The notes below the pieces were generated by a model. That model searched no databases. It saw only the letters and a program-made list of their open reading frames with translations, and was not told the DNA's origin. Of a DNA stretch of 64,000 nt, positions 40,244-48,343 are shown piece by piece. The position numbers were made by a program, and so were the translations under genes. Source of the DNA: Clostridiales bacterium DTU073 (lineage in GTDB: Bacteria > Bacillota > Peptococcia > DRI-13 > DTU073). Each line of letters starts with the position of its first letter. The first letter of the stretch is position 1. The DNA is taken from NCBI GenBank assembly GCA_001512665.1, contig LFSF01000025.1, positions 3,926 to 67,925 of the forward strand. Reading direction: 5' to 3'.

Positions 40244-40786
40244 ATGCGAGAATTATCATTACATATTTTAGATATTGTGCAAAACTCTTTGACTGCTCAG
40301 GCCCAAAACATTGAGATTATCATTAATGAAGATACAGTTGAGGATAAATTGGTGGTGGTAATTAAGGATGACGGTCGGGGAATGGATGAGCAAACACTTA
40401 ACAAGGTGCTGAATCCTTTTTATACGACGCGTACTACCCGGAAAGTCGGCTTGGGGTTGCCTCTTCTTGCTGCCAATGCTCAGGCCTGCGGGGGATCAGT
40501 TAAAATAAAATCTGCTGTAGGTAAGGGAACTATTGTAGAAGCAGTTTTTCAACATAGTCATATAGACAGGGCCCCATTAGGGGATATGCCTTCCACATTG
40601 GTAACTCTTATTTCCGGTTCACCGGAAGTTAATTTTTTTTATGTTCATAAGTACAACGACAAAGAGTTTCGGGTAAACACATTAGAAATTAAGGAAAATT
40701 TGTCTGGCTTAGCTCTCAACCATCCTGATGTGTTAACCTGGTTGCAGGATTTTTTCAGAGAAAAGGAGAAAGAAATAAACGGATAA
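40244..40786 (+). CDS. Stand-alone GHKL/HATPase_c ATP-binding protein (anti-sigma/Ser-kinase-like, no HisKA domain)
   Basis: N-box HILDIVQNS, G1 DDGRGM, G2 GLGLPL. ATG 40244 is preferred; the track's start at 40112 overlaps the PHP gene. Confidence 0.7.
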   Translation: MRELSLHILDIVQNSLTAQAQNIEIIINEDTVEDKLVVVIKDDGRGMDEQTLNKVLNPFYTTRTTRKVGLGLPLLAANAQACGGSVKIKSAVGKGTIVEAVFQHSHIDRAPLGDMPSTLVTLISGSPEVNFFYVHKYNDKEFRVNTLEIKENLSGLALNHPDVLTWLQDFFREKEKEING

Positions 40787-40856
40787 TTCCAATTTTTTCT
40801 ACAAGTTTCTAGTTGTGAGAGTAGATAGGGAATGGTAAACTTGAAGGAGGATAACC

Positions 40857-41102
40857 ATGGGGAGAAGAAGTCTTGGTTTTTTGATAATTTTATTAGTTGT
40901 TGGTGGTTTATTAGGTAGTTTAATTGGCACAGCCCTTGGTAATATTTGGCCATTTGTCAATCAAGGACTTCCTCCGATCGGTTTTGAGACGGTAACTATT
41001 GATTTAGCGGTAATTATCCTTACCTTTGGTGTAACTCTAAAGTTTAATGTAGCCAGTACGCTTGGTCTTTTATTAGCCTTATTTTTTTACTTTAAGTTAT
41101 AA
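40857..41102 (+). CDS. Small 2-TM membrane protein (DUF4321-like), typical neighbour of maf in Clostridia
   Basis: 81 aa with a GGLLGSLIG motif. GGAGG SD. Confidence 0.55.
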   Translation: MGRRSLGFLIILLVVGGLLGSLIGTALGNIWPFVNQGLPPIGFETVTIDLAVIILTFGVTLKFNVASTLGLLLALFFYFKL

Positions 41103-41142
41103 AAGATTTTAATTTGATTAGTTATAGCGGAGGGGCATCTTC

Positions 41143-41721
41143 ATGGATATTATTCTGGCTTCCGGTTCACCACGGCGTGCGCAGTTATTACGCCGTTTCG
41201 GTGTTCCTTATCGTATTGCTTTAAGCAAAGTAACGGAAGGACAGCCTCAGCCTCCCTGGTCTGAATGGGTAAAAGAAATAGCTTGTCGCAAAGCACATGC
41301 TGTGGCATCTTCCAGCGGAGAGATAATTTTAGCCGCAGATACTATTGTGGTAAAAGATGATGTAGTATTAGGGAAACCTGCTGATAAACAGGAAGCAGAG
41401 AAAATGCTGGCTTTTTTATCCGGTGGAGTCCATGAGGTGATGACTGGAATTTGTGTAATTGATTGTTTACACCAGCGTGTCTTACAGGATGTAGAGATTA
41501 CAAAGGTACATTTCCGCACTTTGACCGCTGAGGAAATTAAAGCATATCTAGACTGTGATGAATCTTTGGACAAGGCGGGAGCCTATGGAATTCAAGAAAC
41601 TGGAAGCCTCCTGGTGGAAAAAATAGAAGGTTGTTATTATAATGTAGTGGGACTTCCTTTGGTAAAAACGATGATGATGCTAAGAAAATGCGGAGTCAAA
41701 ATACTCGGAGGTGAAAAGTGA
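41143..41721 (+). CDS. maf: Maf-family nucleoside triphosphate pyrophosphatase (septum formation protein)
   Basis: Motifs ILASGSPRR..LL, ADT.V, GKP and KAGAYGIQ. Confidence 0.92.
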   Translation: MDIILASGSPRRAQLLRRFGVPYRIALSKVTEGQPQPPWSEWVKEIACRKAHAVASSSGEIILAADTIVVKDDVVLGKPADKQEAEKMLAFLSGGVHEVMTGICVIDCLHQRVLQDVEITKVHFRTLTAEEIKAYLDCDESLDKAGAYGIQETGSLLVEKIEGCYYNVVGLPLVKTMMMLRKCGVKILGGEK

Positions 41722-42416
41722 AAGAGGAGCGCAAAATGGTTTCCATTCCGATTAAGCAATACCCGGAAGAGTTAAGACCTCGGGAAAAGCTCCTTCAATA
41801 TGGACCAGAGGCTTTGTCGGATCAGGAACTGTTAGCTATATTACTGAGGACAGGAACCAAAGACAGGTCAGCTTTAGAATTGGCACATGAGTTATTATTG
41901 TCAGGTGGTTTTGTAAATCTTACCCAAATTAGTATGGAGGAGCTCAAAAGCTTCAAGGGAATGGGGTTGGCTAAATCTGCTCAGATTAAGGCTGCTTTGG
42001 AAATCGGGCGTCGTTTAGCCCGACAAAAGATGGGGCCTAGACCTGTAATCAGAACTCCTGAGGATGTGGCTAACATATTAATGGGAGAAATGAATTTTTT
42101 GGATCGTGAACACTTTAAGGTCTTAAATCTCAATACTAAGAATCAAGTGATCGGTATTGATGATGTTTCCGTAGGAAGCTTGAATGCTTCACTCGTTCAT
42201 CCCAGAGAAGTCTTTAAACAGGCGATTAAGCGTAGTGCGGCTTGGCTAATTCTAGCACATAATCATCCTAGTGGTAATCTTCAACCTAGTAAGGAAGATG
42301 AAATGCTTACTAAAAGGCTCTATGACGCCGGCAAACTTTTAGGGATAGAAGTTCTCGATCATTTAATCTTTGGTCAGAATAGTTATCTTAGTATGAAGGA
42401 AAAAGGATATTTCTAA
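41718..42416 (+). CDS. radC: RadC-family JAMM-motif protein
   Basis: Motifs RPREKL...G...LSD.ELLAILLRTG, HhH, and the JAMM motif HNHPSG...PS..D. ATG 41736 is an alternative start. Confidence 0.9.
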   Translation: MKEERKMVSIPIKQYPEELRPREKLLQYGPEALSDQELLAILLRTGTKDRSALELAHELLLSGGFVNLTQISMEELKSFKGMGLAKSAQIKAALEIGRRLARQKMGPRPVIRTPEDVANILMGEMNFLDREHFKVLNLNTKNQVIGIDDVSVGSLNASLVHPREVFKQAIKRSAAWLILAHNHPSGNLQPSKEDEMLTKRLYDAGKLLGIEVLDHLIFGQNSYLSMKEKGYF

Positions 42417-42476
42417 GATTATATTAATAAATAAGAATTGACGAATTGAAAGTAAAGGAAGGAGAAAAAGAAGATT

Positions 42477-43679
42477 ATGTTTTTTTCGAAAGATATTGGT
42501 ATTGACTTGGGAACAGCCAACACTCTTGTCTATATAAAAGGAAAAGGGATTGTCCTGAATGAGCCATCGGTAGTAGCTTTACACAAAGATTCGGGAAATG
42601 TTTTAGCTGTTGGTGATGAAGCAAAGCAAATGATTGGTAGAACACCTGGTAATATTGTAGCTATTCGTCCCATGAAAGATGGGGTTATTGCTGATTTTGA
42701 GGTAACACATACGATGCTGCGCTATTTTATTCGTAAAGCCATGAAGAAAGCGCCCAGTTATTTTTATCGCCCTAGGGTGGTTATTTGTGTCCCGGCAGGG
42801 GTAACAACTGTAGAGGATCGAGCAGTAAAAGAAGCAGCTATTCAAGCCGGCGCCAAAGAAGCTTTTCTCATTGAGGAACCTATGGCCGCGGCAATAGGAG
42901 TTGGTCTGCCTATTTATGAGCCTACAGGGAATATGATTGTTGATATTGGTGGTGGAACTACTGATGTAGCCATTATTTCTTTAGGTGGGATTGTTACCAG
43001 TAGAAGTATCCGTATTGGTGGAGATGAATTTGATGAAGCCATAATTAATTATATTAAGCGGACATATAGTTTAATGATTGGCGAAAGAACTGCTGAGGAA
43101 ATTAAGGTTAAGATTGGCTCGGCAATCAAAATAGGGAAAAAACCTCAAACCGCAAAGAATTTAGGCACTAGTAATAACAGTAAAACAAAATTAGCAGAGG
43201 AAGCGGCTTGGACAAAAGAGGATGACAGAAAATGGACTCTCGGAGAAGACAGGCAATGGAAACTCGAAGAAGCAGACCCAGAAAAGACACCAGAGAGCAC
43301 TCCGCAGGAGGAGATTCTTTACGAGTATCAGGTCAGAGGAAGAGATATGGTGACAGGATTACCTAAATTGATTACAGTTACTGCAGATGAAATTAACAGT
43401 GCCATTGCAGAACCTGTAGCGGCAATCGTTGATACGATTAAGATTTGTTTGGAAAAGACCCCTCCCGAACTTGCTGCAGATATTATGGACAGAGGAATTA
43501 TGATGGCGGGCGGCGGCTCTTTATTACACGGTTTTGATAAACTGATTAGTGAGCAGACAGGGATGCCTGTGCATATTTCTGACGGGCCTCTTAATGCTGT
43601 GGCGCTTGGCGCCGGGAAAACTTTGGACAATATTGATGTTTTGAAAAGGGTAGCATTATCGAATAAACAGATGGGCTAG
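42477..43679 (+). CDS. mreB: Rod-shape-determining actin homologue MreB, carrying an in-frame insertion of about 55-60 aa
   Basis: 400 aa against the usual 330-345. Canonical blocks are [45 protein letters not shown] and MAGGGSLL. About 69 aa lie between KIGSA and VRGRD, where about 12 are normal. Confidence 0.93.
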   Translation: MFFSKDIGIDLGTANTLVYIKGKGIVLNEPSVVALHKDSGNVLAVGDEAKQMIGRTPGNIVAIRPMKDGVIADFEVTHTMLRYFIRKAMKKAPSYFYRPRVVICVPAGVTTVEDRAVKEAAIQAGAKEAFLIEEPMAAAIGVGLPIYEPTGNMIVDIGGGTTDVAIISLGGIVTSRSIRIGGDEFDEAIINYIKRTYSLMIGERTAEEIKVKIGSAIKIGKKPQTAKNLGTSNNSKTKLAEEAAWTKEDDRKWTLGEDRQWKLEEADPEKTPESTPQEEILYEYQVRGRDMVTGLPKLITVTADEINSAIAEPVAAIVDTIKICLEKTPPELAADIMDRGIMMAGGGSLLHGFDKLISEQTGMPVHISDGPLNAVALGAGKTLDNIDVLKRVALSNKQMG

Positions 43680-43690
43680 GTGGTTGCGAG

Positions 43691-44596
43691 GTGACCAAAA
43701 AACAAAAAATAATTGTATGCCTATTGGTCGTTTTGGTTCTTTTCTTTACTTTCAAAATGCTGCTAAACACCGGAATAGGAGAAACTGCTGCACAACCTTT
43801 AGGGGGGAAGATTATTCGAGAAATCACAGCTCCTTTCCAAAAAGGGATTATGCTGATAACCACATCAGTGCAAAATGTCTTCGGCTATTTTAACGACAGT
43901 AAGCAGTTACGAGAGCAGAATAAAATTATGGCGGAAAAAATAGTCCGTTTAGAAGAACAAATATATGATTTAGAGGCAGAGAGGTTAGAAAATCAGCGTT
44001 TAAAGAATCTTTTACAATACAAAGAGGAAAAAGCCGAGAATTATGAATTGGTTATGGGCAGGGTTATTGCGCGTAATCATGCTAATTGGTACGAAATGTT
44101 GATTGTGGATCAAGGTAGTAAGCAAGGGATTGCTCCGGGGATGGTTGTGGTTAACCATGACGGTTTGATTGGGAGAATTGTTTCTGTTACTTGGAATACG
44201 GCAGAAGTATTGTTGATTTTGGACCGAGAAGGAGCAGTAGGAGCGAGAATTTTTGAAACCAGATATACTCCGGGAGTTGCCGTGGGAACTTCTAATTCAC
44301 AGTATTTACAAATGATTCATCTTCCTCATGATTTGCCTATAGAACCTAATCAAACGGTAGTAACTTCCGGGTTGGGTGGTATTTATCCGCCCGGCATACG
44401 GATAGGCAAAGTTATTGAAGTACTTCCCGAACCGGGAGGTTTGATGAAAACGGCAACGTTAAAACCTTTTGTTGATTTTTCTCGTTTAGAAGAAGTTTTT
44501 ATTATTAAACAAGTACTAAAACCTGAAGATGAATTGATAACTACAGAGAATATGGAGAGTGAGGAAAGCTCGGTTGAATTCGGGGGAGAAGAGTAA
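43691..44596 (+). CDS. mreC: Rod-shape-determining protein MreC
   Basis: N-terminal TM helix, coiled coil (LREQNKIMAEKIVRLEEQIYDLEAERLENQRLKNLL) and beta-barrel domains (GMVVVNHDGLIGRIVSV, VVTSGLGGIYPPGIRIGKV). Confidence 0.92.
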   Translation: MTKKQKIIVCLLVVLVLFFTFKMLLNTGIGETAAQPLGGKIIREITAPFQKGIMLITTSVQNVFGYFNDSKQLREQNKIMAEKIVRLEEQIYDLEAERLENQRLKNLLQYKEEKAENYELVMGRVIARNHANWYEMLIVDQGSKQGIAPGMVVVNHDGLIGRIVSVTWNTAEVLLILDREGAVGARIFETRYTPGVAVGTSNSQYLQMIHLPHDLPIEPNQTVVTSGLGGIYPPGIRIGKVIEVLPEPGGLMKTATLKPFVDFSRLEEVFIIKQVLKPEDELITTENMESEESSVEFGGEE

Positions 44597-45093
44597 TGCC
44601 TTATTATCTGGTCATGTTTTTTTTAACCATATTGGGTTTAGTTTTGCAGTCCACGCTATTATCAGAGTACACTGTTGCCGGGGTTAAACCTGATTTATTG
44701 CTGATTTTAGTTATTTTCAATTGTATTTTTCATGGGCCTTATCAAGGAAGTTTATTTGGCTTTTTTGTTGGGTTACTGGAGGATTTATATTTAGGTCATT
44801 TTATCGGTTTAAATGCTTTGACTAAGGGCTTAACCTCTTTTCTCGGCGGGTGGTTATTAAAAGGTGCATTTCGTGAAAACCTTTTAATTCCGGTCCTAGC
44901 CTTATTTTTCGGCACTCTTTTTAATGGCACAATGGTTTTTATCTTAGGAAAAATTGCGGGCATAAACTGGGCGTTAGATTTTTTTTATTGGAAGCTCTTG
45001 CCTGTAGCTATTTTTAATACTTGTTTGGTACCTTTTATTTATTTCGGTTATTATCATTGGGTGAATCAAGATATGGAACAGCAGTCTCTGTAA
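44596..45093 (+). CDS. mreD: Rod-shape-determining protein MreD
   Basis: 165-aa polytopic membrane protein directly after mreC (the ATG overlaps its stop). Confidence 0.85.
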   Translation: MPYYLVMFFLTILGLVLQSTLLSEYTVAGVKPDLLLILVIFNCIFHGPYQGSLFGFFVGLLEDLYLGHFIGLNALTKGLTSFLGGWLLKGAFRENLLIPVLALFFGTLFNGTMVFILGKIAGINWALDFFYWKLLPVAIFNTCLVPFIYFGYYHWVNQDMEQQSL

Positions 45094-45106
45094 AGGAGGT
45101 GCTTTT

Positions 45107-47386
45107 ATGGGAATACAGAAACCGAAAACTGTATTAAAACACTCTTTAAATATTTATCTTGCGATTATCATCTTTATTTTTGCAGTTATTTTTATACGCT
45201 TAGCTTGGTTACAGTTAATCCAGACGGAGATTTATCAAACTAAGGCTGTTTCCAACACGATGCGATGGATTCCTGTAGAAGCCCCGAGAGGTGAAATCTT
45301 AGCTAATGATGGACAGGTACTTGTTACGAACAGACCTGTTTTTAATATCTCTTTGAATTATTTGGGCTTAAAAGACCAGGATATAGATAAAGTTATCCAA
45401 AATTTAGTAGTAATTTTAAATGACCCGGAAATTACTGTAGAGAGTATTAAAGCTTTACTTAAGGGTCAGAACCGTCTTTATGAACCAATAGTAATCAAGC
45501 GGGATGCCTCTATGGAAGTGGTTACGGCTATTGAAGAGAGAAGACGTGAATTGCCCGGAGTAAGTGTTGATGCTCATCCCCAGCGTTCTTATCCTTTCGG
45601 AAGTTTGGCCGGTCATTTGTTAGGCTATGTTCACTCGATTAAAGAAGAAATAGAGCAACCCGGTTATGAAGATTATGGGATGAATGATTTAGTTGGCAAA
45701 ATCGGGATTGAAAAAATGTATGAACATTATTTAAACGGGAAAAAAGGTTATCGGCAGGTTGAAGTAACCTCCTTAAACCGGCCGGTACGAGAAGTACGGG
45801 AGATTCCGCCCATTCCCGGTCATAAATTAGTATTGACACTTAATTTAAAATTGCAGCAAGCCATGGAAAAATCCTTTGATGAAGTGATGCTTGAGGTGCA
45901 GAAAAAATATCCGAAGGCTAAGGCCGGGGCGGCCGTTTTGTTAGATGTAAAAACCAGTAAGGTGTTGGCCATGGTTAGCCGTCCAAGCCTTAATCCTGAT
46001 GATTTTAACGGGAAGCCACTTAGCCAGGACCAAGCTGATTATTATTTTCGCATTACTCCTCCGGCTTTAAGCAACAGGGCTATTCAAGGCAGTTATGTTC
46101 CCGGGTCGGTTTTTAAACCAATTGTAGGGATGGCGGCTTTAAGTGCAGCCCATATTTCCCCAACGGAGCAAGTGCTTTGTACGGGACAATATTGGAATCC
46201 GCCCAGAATTAAATGTACGGGCGTTCATGGACGTCTCAATTATTATCAAGCTATTGCCAAATCTTGTAATGTTTATTTTCAGGAAATGGCTCGCCGGGCC
46301 GGTATAGAAGCAATAGGCCAAGTTGGGCTGGAGTTTGGTTTGGGAGAGCGTACCGGTATAGATTTGCCTTTTGAAAGCAAGGGGATTTTGCCTCATGTAG
46401 GGTGGCAGGAGGAAGAATTTGCTTCACGCCGCGAGAGTATCAATAAAAGATTTGATAATAAGGTTGAAGCTTTGAATGATGAGTATCAAGGTAAAATTGC
46501 TGCTGCGGTTACGGATGAGGAAAAGAAACAGTTAGAAAGGGAATTGAAGAATAAAAAAGCATCTTTGGAAGCTCAACGGCGAATTGAGGTAGAATTTAAT
46601 ACCAGCTGGCATGATTTTGACACGTATAATACCGGAATAGGTCAGGGCTATAATCAATATACGGTTATTCAACTCGCCAATTATGTGGCGACTATAGCTA
46701 ATAATGGACAAAGGTATAAGCCTTATGTGGTGGAAAAGATCCTTGATGCAGAGGGAAATTTGGTGCAAGAGTTTTTCCCTGAATTGGTAATGACTTCTTC
46801 TCTTTTGCCGGAAATAATTGAGGAAACCCAAAAGGCAATGATCACGACTTCAGCTCCGGGTGGTACGGCTTATTCTCTGTTTCGGAATTTTCCTGAGCAG
46901 ATCAAGGTTGCTGCGAAAACGGGTACAGCTCAGCCCGGTAGAGCAGGATACGTAAAAAATAAAGATTTTGACGGCTTGTTTATCGCTTATGCCCCGGCTG
47001 ACGATCCCCAGATTGCTTTTGCCGGTGTGATGGAATATGGTAATAGCGGGTCCGGTTCTATAGGACATGTGTGCAAAGCTGTCTTTGAGGAATATTTCGG
47101 CTTAAACGAGATGGGTGGCACAGGGACGTTTCATTTGCCACAATCGGCAAATGAAACGTCTCCGACGAATGCAGGTCAGCCTTCAACAAGTGAAAGTGAA
47201 CCACCGGTAAATGAGAATCAGTCTCCGGTAGATGAAGAGCAACCACCGGCAAATGAAGGCGAGCGTCCAGTAGATGAAGGTCAGCCTCCGGTAAATGAAG
47301 AGCAGTCTCCGACAAATGAAAATGAGCCAGCTGTGAACGAAGGCGAATTTCCGACGAATGAAGCGGAAGCGCAGCTTCCTGAATAG
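45107..47386 (+). CDS. mrdA: Penicillin-binding protein 2 (elongasome transpeptidase) with a C-terminal acidic repeat extension of about 95 aa
   Basis: N-terminal TM helix, dimerisation domain, and transpeptidase motifs SVFKP (SxxK), KTGTA (KTG) and SGS. The tail from about aa 665 is low-complexity P/N/E-rich. Confidence 0.9.
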   Translation: MGIQKPKTVLKHSLNIYLAIIIFIFAVIFIRLAWLQLIQTEIYQTKAVSNTMRWIPVEAPRGEILANDGQVLVTNRPVFNISLNYLGLKDQDIDKVIQNLVVILNDPEITVESIKALLKGQNRLYEPIVIKRDASMEVVTAIEERRRELPGVSVDAHPQRSYPFGSLAGHLLGYVHSIKEEIEQPGYEDYGMNDLVGKIGIEKMYEHYLNGKKGYRQVEVTSLNRPVREVREIPPIPGHKLVLTLNLKLQQAMEKSFDEVMLEVQKKYPKAKAGAAVLLDVKTSKVLAMVSRPSLNPDDFNGKPLSQDQADYYFRITPPALSNRAIQGSYVPGSVFKPIVGMAALSAAHISPTEQVLCTGQYWNPPRIKCTGVHGRLNYYQAIAKSCNVYFQEMARRAGIEAIGQVGLEFGLGERTGIDLPFESKGILPHVGWQEEEFASRRESINKRFDNKVEALNDEYQGKIAAAVTDEEKKQLERELKNKKASLEAQRRIEVEFNTSWHDFDTYNTGIGQGYNQYTVIQLANYVATIANNGQRYKPYVVEKILDAEGNLVQEFFPELVMTSSLLPEIIEETQKAMITTSAPGGTAYSLFRNFPEQIKVAAKTGTAQPGRAGYVKNKDFDGLFIAYAPADDPQIAFAGVMEYGNSGSGSIGHVCKAVFEEYFGLNEMGGTGTFHLPQSANETSPTNAGQPSTSESEPPVNENQSPVDEEQPPANEGERPVDEGQPPVNEEQSPTNENEPAVNEGEFPTNEAEAQLPE
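47115..47160. repeat. Copy of the 27-nt unit (47115-47141) plus an inverted half-unit (47146-47160), located inside the mrdA reading frame
   Basis: GTGGCACAGGGACGTTTCATTTGCCAC, then ACAATC-spaced GGCAAATGAAACGTC, which is the reverse complement of 47125-47139. It is translated as ..GGTGTFHLPQSANETSP.. Confidence 0.85.
47198..47365 (+). repeat. Eight tandem 21-nt repeats encoding the heptapeptide [QE]-x-P-[VAT]-[ND]-E-x at the mrdA 3' end
   Basis: The units are EPPVNEN QSPVDEE QPPANEG ERPVDEG QPPVNEE QSPTNEN EPAVNEG EFPTNEA, exactly 168 nt and in frame. Confidence 0.9.
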
Positions 47387-47394
47387 GCGGGAAT

Positions 47395-47485
47395 GTGTGG
47401 CACGGGGACGTTTCTCCTGCCACATTTATTTAAAGCAACTTTTATTTCTGCTTAACGTGGCAGGAGAAACGTCCCCATGCCACAC
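47395..47485. repeat. Inverted pair of the 27-nt unit: 29-bp arms (47395-47423 / 47457-47485, one mismatch), 33-nt AT-rich spacer
   Basis: GTGTGGCACGGGGACGTTTCTCCTGCCAC ... GTGGCAGGAGAAACGTCCCCATGCCACAC. It begins 9 nt after the mrdA stop codon. Confidence 0.9.
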
Positions 47486-47633
47486 CTTGCCTCATAGAAA
47501 AAAACGGAAGAAACTCCCGTTTTTTATTTTTTGGAGCAGGGATTTTGTTTAATTATAGCGAATGTAAAGTATAGTTTGCCTGTAAGAGTCAAAAAAAGTG
47601 TCGAAGTAATTTGCAGGAGGAAAAAAATAACCA

Positions 47634-48323
47634 ATGAAGAATGCTTTAGTTACGGTAAAAGGTGATCGGGAAGGTTTACATATATTTTGTGAAGAAACAT
47701 CGTCTTGGAGTAAAGTTATAGCCGAAATTAAAGAACGTTTGAGCGGCGAAAATAAAAATTTTTTTGCAGGCGCCAGTGTGATTATAGAACTGGGCAATCG
47801 TGACCTTTCCGTAAAAGACGTGAGTTTATTATGGAAGACCTTTGAGCAATGTGGGATAAAAATTAAAGGGATCAGAACAGATTCCTCCGCAGAGACGAGT
47901 ATAGAAACAAAAGAAAAAGACTCGGAGCAAGAGGATAGAATTAAGCCGGTTCATGAGCAGGAAACATCGGCTACAGAATTTATTAGCCCTAAACCGGTTT
48001 ATATCCTTAACAGAAATATGCGTTCCGGTCAAAATATTACCTTTGATGGTAATGTTATTGTTTTTGGTGATGTTAATCCCGGTGCCGAGATTATTGCCAC
48101 GGGATTTATTATGGTGATGGGGACTTTGCGAGGAATTGCCCATGCAGGTTCTTCCGGGGATGAAAGGGCTTGGGTAATGGCTTATAGATTGCAACCTTCA
48201 TTACTCCGTATTGCTAATTGTATTGCACGGGCTCCTGAAGATGAGCCTTTAGGTCCGGAAATTGCCAAAATTAATGAGAATGTTATTATATGTGAGCCTT
48301 TTAAAAATATAGAAAAATACTAG
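47634..48323 (+). CDS. minC: Septum site-determining protein MinC
   Basis: 229 aa. The C-terminal beta-helix motif reads RSGQ.I.FDGNV.VFGDVNPGAEI.A.G.I.V.G.LRG.AHAG. Confidence 0.9.
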   Translation: MKNALVTVKGDREGLHIFCEETSSWSKVIAEIKERLSGENKNFFAGASVIIELGNRDLSVKDVSLLWKTFEQCGIKIKGIRTDSSAETSIETKEKDSEQEDRIKPVHEQETSATEFISPKPVYILNRNMRSGQNITFDGNVIVFGDVNPGAEIIATGFIMVMGTLRGIAHAGSSGDERAWVMAYRLQPSLLRIANCIARAPEDEPLGPEIAKINENVIICEPFKNIEKY

Positions 48324-48343
48324 AATGCAGTGGGGGGTTAAGT

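Noticed and set aside
47058-47552. Antisense/overlapping ORFs 47058-47423 (-), 47183-47425 (-) and 47358-47552 (+)
   Set aside because: They are low-complexity His/Leu/Arg-rich mirror images of the 21-nt tandem repeats and the 27-nt units. They have no SD and overlap the well-supported mrdA frame.
47599-47605. TGTCGAA (Spo0A-box consensus) upstream of minC
   Set aside because: A single 7-mer is expected by chance several times in 64 kb on two strands. There is no second box and no supporting context.
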